DNA of 52,335 nucleotides from a virus. Shown piece by piece: positions 1-6,693 of this stretch. Position 1 is the first letter of the stretch. Every line of letters starts with the position of its first letter. The stretch is taken from positions 1 through 52,335 of IMG/VR virus record IMGVR_UViG_3300033463_000194. The stretch is one strand, 5' to 3'. The translations under genes were made by a program, and so were the position numbers. The notes beneath the pieces were generated by a model, which was given only the letters and a program-made list of their open reading frames with translations, was not told the DNA's origin and made no database searches.

Positions 1-127
1 CCTTCATAAGTAATTTTAGGCAATTTTTCATATGTTTGTAATCTACCCCAAGAAAACATCATACTTTCAGGGTCAACAGGCTTTTGTTGGAAGTTAGTTT
101 GGAACAAATAATCTGGTATTTTACGCT
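1..127. repeat. Terminal direct repeat (assembly overlap of a circular or circularly permuted genome); identical to 52209..52335
   Basis: Base-by-base reading shows the first 127 nt equal the last 127 nt. terL reads in frame across the join. Unit genome is 52,208 bp. Confidence 0.9.
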
Positions 128-1220
128 TTTCTTCCTCAATTTCAAGGGTTGTTCTTAATTCAGGACAAGTACTTCTTCCTGTTTGATAGTCTAAAGCAGG
201 AACTCTACATATTGCTATACTTTCATCTTCATTAATATATGTATATTTATACTTATCGTGTGGCTTGAACTTATATTGAGATGTAACTTCTGTTACTAAC
301 AAACTGATAAAATCACCACTAGCCCATAAAGTACCACTTACAACGACTTTAGGTGTCTTATTTTGTACGAAACGTTTTCTCCATACAGTAGTAAACTTAT
401 TATAGTATTCTTCATTAGTTTTTTGTGACATTGCTTCTATATAAGAAGGATATAAGTCATCTATATGTATTCTTTGACTTGCTCTTACACCTACAACGTT
501 AGATTTAACTGTAGATGCTATATAACTACTACCTAGTTTACAATCTCTTAATTTCCAGTTTCCATCTGTTTCCTTAACAAAATAGTCTTTATCTTCACTA
601 GAATACTTCATATTTGGGAAAACTTCGCCAAACCATTCAGTTTTCATTTCATTTCTAACGGTACTAGAACCACCTTTTACAACATCTTCATTAGAACATA
701 AGGCTAATACTGTTCCTGTAGGGTCTATACCGAAAGCCCACGCTTCACTAATTTTTTCTGGATAAGTTTTACCATAACCAGAAGGCATCATTACAATAAG
801 CATCTTAAAATTAGGATTAGTGACTATTTCTTGTAAATAATGTACATAACCACGCATTATATCAAATCTAGGAGCAAAGAACTTATCTTCTTTTCTTTCA
901 CCCCATTCACGATATATAAAATAATGTTCCAAACTTGTTCTTGATGCTATTTTATAAGCCGTATGCAAGTATTTTTCATATTCTTCTGCATTATTTTTAT
1001 CTAATTTAAGCATTAAATCTAGTAAAGGAATATACCTTTTTAAAGCCATTTCAGAGGCTTTTACAGGTTCTTCCTTAAAATAGGCTTCAAACATTGTATT
1101 TAAGTCTGAAACCATCTCTAAAATCTTATTTAAAGGTATTCTTTTATCTTTAGGCGTATTTTTTTGTAAATTATTTTCAAATATAGTTAAATATTGGTCT
1201 ATATATTCCTTATAATTCAT
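1..1220 (-). CDS. terL: Terminase large subunit, N-terminal ATPase part (continues through the junction into 51668..52335; about 586 aa in total)
   Basis: Minus-strand ORF from ATG at 1220, open to position 1 and therefore missing from the ORF track. My translation is MNYKEYIDQYLTIF... It has a Walker A-like MPSGYGKT and a Walker B-like RIHIDDL. The frame matches 51668..52315 (1220-107 is divisible by 3). Confidence 0.9.
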   Translation of the reverse strand, partial: MNYKEYIDQYLTIFENNLQKNTPKDKRIPLNKILEMVSDLNTMFEAYFKEEPVKASEMALKRYIPLLDLMLKLDKNNAEEYEKYLHTAYKIASRTSLEHYFIYREWGERKEDKFFAPRFDIMRGYVHYLQEIVTNPNFKMLIVMMPSGYGKTYPEKISEAWAFGIDPTGTVLALCSNEDVVKGGSSTVRNEMKTEWFGEVFPNMKYSSEDKDYFVKETDGNWKLRDCKLGSSYIASTVKSNVVGVRASQRIHIDDLYPSYIEAMSQKTNEEYYNKFTTVWRKRFVQNKTPKVVVSGTLWASGDFISLLVTEVTSQYKFKPHDKYKYTYINEDESIAICRVPALDYQTGRSTCPELRTTLEIEEEKRKIPDYLFQTNFQQKPVDPESMMFSWGRLQTYEKLPKITYE

Positions 1221-1223
1221 AAA

Positions 1224-1802
1224 TTAACCCCTTTTATTAAGAAATTCCTTATATTCTAATATATTACCTTTAATACGATTATCATCTATACTTGCTTTAA
1301 TATTAACATTGACCTTTGGTTGTACCTTTTCTACCATTTCATTTTGTGCTTTTAACTTAAATAGAGTGGTTCTTTCCTTTGTAACACCTGTTTGAGCCAT
1401 AGAAATGTTAGTTTCATCGACATCATCGATAATTTTTTGTATTACATAGTGTAATTCCTCATTATTTTTCATTTCTTTAAAATCATTTAATGTAACACCT
1501 ATAAATCTACAAAATAAAGTCAAAGAAGAAGGAAAAGCCCCTATTTCATCATTAATTTTAGTTAATAATTCTTGATAATACTCATATGCTTGTGCCATTT
1601 GACTAGCCGTATAATTAGGTTTTTCATCAAAAGATACCACTGGTTTAAAGAAAGTATTAGTTAATATAACTGGATTAATTTCAATAAAGTGGTCTATCTC
1701 ATTTCCATTCCTATCAAAGACACTTTTATAGTGTTTTTTCTTATAATCTGTAATTTTTAACTCAATTTCTTCACTATTTTCATCAAAATTCATTATTTTC
1801 AC
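1224..1802 (-). CDS. terS: Terminase small subunit (by position)
   Basis: 192-aa ORF ending 3 nt before the terL start. It is the first gene of the late operon. No diagnostic motif recognised. Confidence 0.6.
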   Translation of the reverse strand: MKIMNFDENSEEIELKITDYKKKHYKSVFDRNGNEIDHFIEINPVILTNTFFKPVVSFDEKPNYTASQMAQAYEYYQELLTKINDEIGAFPSSLTLFCRFIGVTLNDFKEMKNNEELHYVIQKIIDDVDETNISMAQTGVTKERTTLFKLKAQNEMVEKVQPKVNVNIKASIDDNRIKGNILEYKEFLNKRG

Positions 1803-1863
1803 CTTCTTTTTTTAAAAATAACATATTAGACAACAAAAAACAAACAAGATATAATTAATCTAG

Positions 1864-2256
1864 GTGATAAGAATGGAAGAAAGTCTAAAAATAATCATAA
1901 ATACAAATCCTCGTTCAAAGAAAAATTCACAGGAAATAGTATTTAATAAAAAAACAGGTAAGAGAATGGTTATACAAAATAAAAGATACACTGAATTTGA
2001 AAAAGAATGTAAACAATATATGCCTGTTTTAAATAAACCAATAGACTACCCAATTAATTTACAATGCAAATTCTATGTATGTGATGCTAGAAAAAGAGAT
2101 ATTGCTAATTATTTAGAAGCAATACAAGATATTTTAGTTAAATATAAAATTTTGGAAGATGATAATTATAATATAGTTTCATCATTAAATGGTTGCTCTA
2201 TGGAAATTGATAGAGATAATAGTCGTATAGAAATAATTATAGATAAAATACACTAA
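1864..2256 (+). CDS. rusA: RusA-like Holliday junction resolvase (true start probably ATG 1873 after AGGTGA)
   Basis: About 127 aa with a basic N-terminus (NPRSKKNS), then ...RDIANYLEAIQDILVKYKILEDDNYNIV, which resembles the RusA D-x-x-N..K..D..DD core. Confidence 0.5.
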   Translation: MIRMEESLKIIINTNPRSKKNSQEIVFNKKTGKRMVIQNKRYTEFEKECKQYMPVLNKPIDYPINLQCKFYVCDARKRDIANYLEAIQDILVKYKILEDDNYNIVSSLNGCSMEIDRDNSRIEIIIDKIH

Positions 2257-2259
2257 ATA

Positions 2260-2268
2260 TGATATAAT
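2260..2268 (+). promoter_or_regulatory. Extended -10 promoter element (TGaTATAAT) upstream of the HNH gene
   Basis: TG at 2260-2261 and TATAAT at 2263-2268. The same TGnTATAAT form recurs before other plus-strand genes. Confidence 0.4.
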
Positions 2269-2322
2269 TATATTGAGGGTAGCCCTTATCTACCCTCAAT
2301 CATTTATAAGGGAGATGATTTT

Positions 2323-2829
2323 ATGAATAAGGAAATATGGAAAGATATACCAAATTACGAAGGGTTGTATCAGGCATCTAATCTAGGAAATATTAGAAGT
2401 ATTTATCGATATAAGAAAATTTTAACTCCTTATATCGATAAAGATGGTTATTATAGGATTAGACTTTATAAAAATAAAAAAGGCGTTTACAAAGGCGTTC
2501 ATAAATGGATTGCAGAAGCCTTTATACCTAATCCACATAATTATAATGAGATAAATCATAAAGATGAAAATAAGCAAAACAATTGTGTTGATAATCTTGA
2601 ATGGTGTAATAATTGGTATAATATTCATTACGGCACTGCTATCGAAAGACAAACTAAAAGTAGAAGCAAAAAAATAGGAAAATATCTACTAGATGATACT
2701 CTAGTAGAAATATACGAAAGTATATCTGATGCTAGTAGAAAAAATAATATTTATACTAGTAATATAAGTAAAGTTCTTCATAAAGAACGAATTACTACAG
2801 GTGGATTTAAATGGAAATATTTAAAATAA
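2323..2829 (+). CDS. HNH homing endonuclease (NUMOD4-type N-terminus)
   Basis: IWKDIPNYEGLYQASNLGNIRS ... HKWIAEAFIPNP ... INHKDENKQNNCVDNLEWC. Paralogous to 12425..12997 and 20292..20822. Confidence 0.85.
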   Translation: MNKEIWKDIPNYEGLYQASNLGNIRSIYRYKKILTPYIDKDGYYRIRLYKNKKGVYKGVHKWIAEAFIPNPHNYNEINHKDENKQNNCVDNLEWCNNWYNIHYGTAIERQTKSRSKKIGKYLLDDTLVEIYESISDASRKNNIYTSNISKVLHKERITTGGFKWKYLK

Positions 2830-2831
2830 CT

Positions 2832-2861
2832 AAAAAAGAGAACAAATAGTTCTCTTTTTTC
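2832..2861. terminator. Bidirectional intrinsic terminator
   Basis: AAAAA-AGAGAAC-aaata-GTTCTCT-TTTTT. It has an A-run on one side and a T-run on the other, so it works on both strands. Confidence 0.8.
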
Positions 2862-3901
2862 TTATGAAGATTAATTCAAGAAACTTCTAAATGACTGACA
2901 TTTTAGAATTAAAGGAGCGATTTCACTTGAATTAACTCGAAGGAGGTGTAGTATCTGCTAATACATAATTAAATCAGATATATTAGTGCTTATTAGCACC
3001 ACCTAATAGATATACCTGTTATGATAATAACTGACCTTTTAGGACTTGTCCTTCGGGAACTTATAATCCACAGATTATTAAGTAATTCATTTTAATATAT
3101 CTACTAGGTGCTACCAATAAGTTTAACCTCGTTAGATAGCACATTTGTTTCGTATGCAAGTTAAGGATTGCAATTTCCTATAAATATCACCTATCGTGAC
3201 AGAAAGGTTATTCAAATGCTTAATTGTTACGGTACAATTAAGAAAACCTCTATAAATCTCTTACATTAAGTAAAAGACTAATTGCATATATAGTCATATA
3301 TAACTATATAAGATGCCTTTTCTACACTTGGTAGATAGGTCTAGTGCTTTCTGGCCTATGCAGGACTTATCCCCCATAGGAAGTATAGTTCGTAAACTAT
3401 ACCGGTCTTTCGTGATAAGCACCATCAAGTAATATAAAGGTTTGGTTAGTTAATTACGCTAACCCACAGCATCTCTTTCCCCTACCATTGTCCTTTAATG
3501 CTATCTACAATGAATAACCCTTACAGGTACGATTTTTATATATTACTTGATGCTACCTATTACTAGATAGCACGAATATCCCAGTAAAATTCCAAAACGG
3601 AATTTGTCCTATGAATAGGATTGGTACTTTTAGGCTATATACTCTATTTAAGGCATATAACTCTTAATAAGCACCCTAGAATAGACATTGCTTTAACCTA
3701 GTCTTTTGACAATTCTAAAGTCTTATATATCTACTCTAGGCTACCTATTACGGTAACCTTTATACTGGAGTGTTGTTAGATAAAGAGATATACCTATATT
3801 TTAAAAGAATAGTGTATCTATGAAAAAAAGATATATATTAAGGATTTTTCTTATGAATAATACTTTATTATTAGTCGGTTTGTGATATATCTCCTTTATC
3901 T
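2835..3901 (-). ncRNA. Candidate large (~1.07 kb) structured noncoding RNA with three paralogous long-helix modules; family not recognised
   Basis: No ORF of 60 codons or more in any frame. Its own promoter is at 3908-3936 and its terminator at 2832-2861. Modules: 2989-3016/3094-3121, 3412-3436/3539-3563 and 3665-3688/3727-3750. Inner helices covary, and wobble pairs are valid only in minus sense. Confidence 0.7.
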
Positions 3902-3907
3902 AATTAC

Positions 3908-3936
3908 ATACTACCACTTATTTTTATACTTGTCAA
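3908..3936 (-). promoter_or_regulatory. Near-consensus sigma-A type promoter driving the large RNA
   Basis: Minus strand: TTGACA (3936-3931), 17-nt spacer ending in TGg (3916-3914), then TAGTAT (3913-3908). It lies directly downstream of the 3942-3972 terminator. Confidence 0.65.
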
Positions 3937-3941
3937 TACAC

Positions 3942-3972
3942 AAAAAGGAAGTAGTACCTTCATACTACTTCC
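3942..3972 (-). terminator. Intrinsic terminator (minus strand)
   Basis: 10-bp stem GGAAGTAGTA/TACTACTTCC with a 6-nt loop, followed on the minus strand by TTTTT (plus-strand A-run 3942-3946). Confidence 0.8.
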
Positions 3973-4021
3973 TCGGATAATGAGAATAGTGAATAATAAC
4001 TCATACTATCTATTCGATAGC
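3942..4021 (-). ncRNA. Candidate small RNA (~80 nt)
   Basis: Strong promoter at 4028-4056, a 5' hairpin CTATC-gaata-GATAG (4006-4020), an A/U-rich single-stranded stretch, and the terminator at 3942-3972. No ORF. Confidence 0.5.
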
Positions 4022-4027
4022 AATTTC

Positions 4028-4056
4028 AATATATCATATATTTTTATTTTTTTCAA
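4028..4056 (-). promoter_or_regulatory. Sigma-A type promoter with extended -10 (for the small RNA)
   Basis: Minus strand: TTGAAA (4056-4051), 17-nt spacer ending in TGa, then TATATT (4033-4028). Confidence 0.55.
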
Positions 4057-4295
4057 ATGTATTTACTTTGACATTGAGGTAATTTTTTTATTTAAAATTA
4101 AATTTTGGGGTAACTGATACGTTTTTCATTTTCTGCTAGGGTGTGGGGTGGTGTTGATAATGTAAAGTTAAATGATGTTTACTTTTATTATTCTTACAAT
4201 ATCACAAGTAAAAAAATGTATAGTATATGTAAATAAAATAATCTGATAAAGTCTTTTTAATATTCTGTTATTAAGTAATTGTTAATAATACCCTG

Positions 4296-4680
4296 TTAAT
4301 AACAAACAAACAAAAACGATATAATAATATATATAATTAATAAAGTAGAATAGATAATATATAATATATATACTATAGTATATGCTGTATATAGTAATAT
4401 AATAGTAGTATATGCTATATAAGAGTATTTAAGTATAAAATAAGCCTTTTTATAATAGAATAGATATAAATATATCAATACAATATAAAAACGCTTAAAA
4501 AAGGTGTTTAAAACGTGTTATAAGTCTATATATTATATATATAATAGTATATAGTAGTTATTATAATAGTAGTAGTATAATAGTACTAGTATATAGATAT
4601 ATCTGTTATATGGAGTTATTAAGTATAATATAGATGTTATTTAATAAGTGATATATAAATGTATATGTATGATGTAAAAG
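4296..4680. repeat. AT-rich, C-depleted low-complexity tract (TAGTA/TATAG-type words)
   Basis: By hand count only 3 C in 4321-4440. Short repeats include AGTATATGCT twice (about 4376 and 4407) and a G(G)AGT..TTAAGTATAA unit twice (about 4421 and 4611). Confidence 0.6.
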
Positions 4681-4756
4681 TATCTAAAAAGGCCTTTTAT
4701 TCTCTTTATATAATATAATACATTTGTATGTAATACATTAGTTCGTATTTATAGAT

Positions 4757-4787
4757 ATAAAAAAAGATGTATTTTTATACATCTTTT
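4757..4787 (-). terminator. Intrinsic terminator ending the 5961->4786 operon
   Basis: AAAAGATGTAT-tttt-ATACATCTTTT overlaps the stop codon and is followed by a T-run on the minus strand. Confidence 0.75.
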
Positions 4788-4995
4788 ATATATTAATTAC
4801 GTTTGTTTTATCGTTGTATAATTTAATTATTTTAACGTGTTTCATATCTATTATATGTAATAATAAATCGGTATCATAATAACAATAATTAGCACCTATT
4901 TTGTTTATACCTTTAACGCCTAATTTTCTTTTTATTCTTTGGCCTTCGTTTGTAATTATAATTATATTGTTTACGCCTTCGTTATACCCTATCAT
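4786..4995 (-). CDS. Hypothetical protein (69 aa)
   Basis: ORF tightly coupled to 4997..5380 (1-nt gap), with a terminator right after it. Confidence 0.5.
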   Translation of the reverse strand: MIGYNEGVNNIIIITNEGQRIKRKLGVKGINKIGANYCYYDTDLLLHIIDMKHVKIIKLYNDKTNVINI

Positions 4996-4996
4996 T

Positions 4997-5380
4997 TTAA
5001 GCGCTCACCCCTTCCGCTTCTTCTTCCATTTCTTCCACTGCTTCGTTGATTGCTTCGTCTAGTTCTTGGCTCAAGATGTAGCATCTTATTGTTACATCGC
5101 ACCATTCAGCGCCTTTTTCTAATACGCTTACATCTTCGCAACAAAACTCTTTTAATGCTTCCGCTAATAAGTCCATATTGTGCGCGATTGCTTCTTCTGC
5201 CTTCCAAGCGTTGCAATAATAAGAACCGCTAGCGTTACCCGTTACGCTATCTTCAATAAATAAATTGTCGTATAAGTCGCCGTTGTCTTCTTGTAGTTCT
5301 CTTGCTTCTTCTAGTGTATAATTCTCCTTGATATATTCTTTTATATCTTCCCTTACTGCTTCGTTATAATCATATACCAT
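4997..5380 (-). CDS. Hypothetical acidic protein (127 aa); compositionally GC-rich gene
   Basis: Well-formed ORF containing DSVTGNASGSYYCNAWKAEEAIAHNMDLLAEAL. GC is clearly above the genome average (GCG/CGC codons). Confidence 0.75.
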   Translation of the reverse strand: MVYDYNEAVREDIKEYIKENYTLEEARELQEDNGDLYDNLFIEDSVTGNASGSYYCNAWKAEEAIAHNMDLLAEALKEFCCEDVSVLEKGAEWCDVTIRCYILSQELDEAINEAVEEMEEEAEGVSA

Positions 5381-5472
5381 AATAATATCACTCCTTTACT
5401 TTTCTTTTATGGCTTTTCTTTGTTTGTACCTTCATTATAATACTATTTTTTTAATATCTATAAAATTATCGT

Positions 5473-5703
5473 TTATTGATAAATACCATATATTTCTTTA
5501 TTACATACTTTTACATCGTTGTATGTTTCCATACAAGTATTATATGCTTGTTTGTCTTTATCTGTAATAGTGAAGGCTTTTAACATTAAAAAGCCTATCA
5601 CCATAATAATTAATATAAATATAATTGTAAAAATTATTTCTTCTTTTATTTCTTTTTTTCTTTTAATTTTTTGTAGTCTTCTATTCATTTCTTCAATATT
5701 CAT
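5473..5703 (-). CDS. Small membrane protein (76 aa, one TM segment)
   Basis: Basic N-terminus followed by the hydrophobic stretch IIFTIIFILIIMVIGFLML. Confidence 0.55.
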   Translation of the reverse strand: MNIEEMNRRLQKIKRKKEIKEEIIFTIIFILIIMVIGFLMLKAFTITDKDKQAYNTCMETYNDVKVCNKEIYGIYQ

Positions 5704-5721
5704 ACTTTTACGCTCCTTTTA

Positions 5722-5961
5722 TTAATCTTCATAATCTGTATATATTATATATTTATTATCTATTATAATATATCTATCGTTATTTTTTAGGCTTGATATA
5801 TAACTATTGTTATAGTTTATTAAATCGGCCACTTGTTGCAACGTATCACATATACCGATGTTTTGTAAATCCTTGATGTTTGCTTCTGTTAACTCCTTTT
5901 CGTTTTCTTTTAGTACTATTCTATAAACAGAGTAGAACTTTTCAATTTTTGCGTTTTTCAT
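5722..5961 (-). CDS. Small putative HTH DNA-binding protein (79 aa)
   Basis: First gene after the divergent control region. The segment DTLQQVADLINYNNSYISSLKN looks like a helix-turn-helix. Confidence 0.45.
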   Translation of the reverse strand: MKNAKIEKFYSVYRIVLKENEKELTEANIKDLQNIGICDTLQQVADLINYNNSYISSLKNNDRYIIIDNKYIIYTDYED

Positions 5962-6021
5962 TTTTTACACTCCTTCTAACACATACAAGTTAAAACGCTT
6001 TTTTCTTGTTTGTGTAATTAT

Positions 6022-6050
6022 AATATAACAGATTAAAAAAGGTTTTTCAA
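6022..6050 (-). promoter_or_regulatory. Candidate promoter of the 5961->4786 operon
   Basis: Minus strand: TTGAAA (6050-6045), 17 nt, TATATT (6027-6022). Confidence 0.4.
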
Positions 6051-6389
6051 TACCTTTTTATAAAAAAGTTGCATTTTACATCAATTTTTTTATTTTTTGC
6101 GTGTTCCTTTTCTTTATTATATATATAAGGGTTTTTATTACATATCGATTAACGATAAAAACGTTTTTAAGCCACTTTATAACATAATCTAATACAATTA
6201 TACTTGAAACAACAAAAACGGCTAAAAAGGCACTAAAAACGCTTTTTAAAGGTATAATATCGTTATTCAATAAAAATATAGATATTCAATATATGATGGT
6301 ATATTGATATTGTTAATTTTAACAGAAGTTAACAAAAAACTATTGACTTTTAAAATATCAACTAAAAAAGGTTGACTATATCAATTTAT

Positions 6390-6580
6390 ATGTTTACAAC
6401 TGGAGAAGGCTTAAAAGTGTAAATCAATAGTAAATTTACATTATGGTTTACAAGTGTAAAGTAAAATCTGATTAAGTGTTAATCAATTGACTATTTACAC
6501 TCCATTTACAAATGTCAATCAAATGTATATTAATTGTAAATATACACAACATCTACACTTGTAAACTATTTGTAAATATA
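6390..6580. repeat. Iteron/operator-like cluster: 10 copies of TTTACA/TGTAAA in both orientations
   Basis: Copies start at 6393, 6418, 6435, 6447, 6455, 6494, 6505, 6535, 6559 and 6571. The cluster includes an inverted pair TTTACAAGTGT (6447-6457) / ACACTTGTAAA (6554-6564). Confidence 0.7.
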
Positions 6581-6693
6581 TAGTAAATATCACTATAAGT
6601 TATAGCATATATAACATATAGCATATTATATATAGATAAATAGCACAGCATATCGTAAAACAATAAAAATGTAGATTTAGAAGATTTAATGAT

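Noticed and set aside
2987-3000. Local hairpin GTGCT-TATT-AGCAC.
   Set aside because: It competes with the much longer module A helix, which has homologues in modules B and C. It is probably a by-product of the conserved AGCAC word, or at most an alternative fold.
3313-3432. Short ORFs inside the RNA locus: a 39-aa MPFLHLVDRSSAFWPMQDL... at 3313..3432, and a 21-aa MKKRYILRIFLMNNTLLLVGL at 3820..3885.
   Set aside because: Neither has a Shine-Dalgarno sequence. They lie on the strand opposite the promoter-terminator unit and overlap conserved helices.
2862-3900. Possibility that the ORF-free kilobase is protein-coding under an alternative genetic code.
   Set aside because: All three stop codons (TAA, TAG, TGA) interrupt every frame I traced (for example 3301-3660), and all other genes read normally in the standard code.
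2862-3900. Plus-strand orientation for the large RNA, suggested by the C(UUCG)G-like tetraloop at 3048-3057 and a TTGAAT-16-TAGTAT promoter-like element at 2927-2954.
   Set aside because: The eleven non-Watson-Crick positions inside the helices as defined are A.C in plus sense and G.U in minus sense. The single opposite-sense case (3414/3561) lies at a helix edge. The minus-strand promoter is much closer to consensus, and the plus-strand end lacks a U-run terminator (the 3947-3972 hairpin is followed by TCGG).
4068-4096. Plus-strand promoter TTGACA-17-TTTAAA.
   Set aside because: The -10 hexamer is poor, and there is no downstream gene or terminator to define a transcript.
4139-4153. G-quadruplex at GGGTGTGGGGTGGTG.
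   Set aside because: Only two runs of three or more G are present, which is not enough for a canonical four-tract quadruplex.
4296-4478. 60-aa ORF (MIYLYLFYYKKAYFILKYSYIAY...).
   Set aside because: It is an artefact of the C-depleted TA-rich tract. It has no RBS and an implausible Tyr/Ile/Leu-only composition.
2862-4780. tRNA, tmRNA, group II intron domain V or CRISPR array in the gene-poor region.
   Set aside because: I found no GGTTCGAATCC-type T-arm or cloverleaf, no domain-V-like hairpin, and no regularly spaced repeat-spacer structure. The repeats present are irregular, or they are the arms of helices.
6076-6270. 64-aa minus-strand ORF in the divergent control region.
   Set aside because: It has a TTG start with no RBS and lies upstream of the operon promoter at 6022-6050. 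The hydrophobic, AT-driven translation gives insufficient support.
6390-6580. TTTACA repeats as -35 boxes of TcdR/UviA-type (group 5 sigma) promoters.
   Set aside because: I could not find matching -10 elements at the right spacing. The motif occurs in both orientations and also in a convergent gap (11685-11760), and I am not certain of the published consensus.
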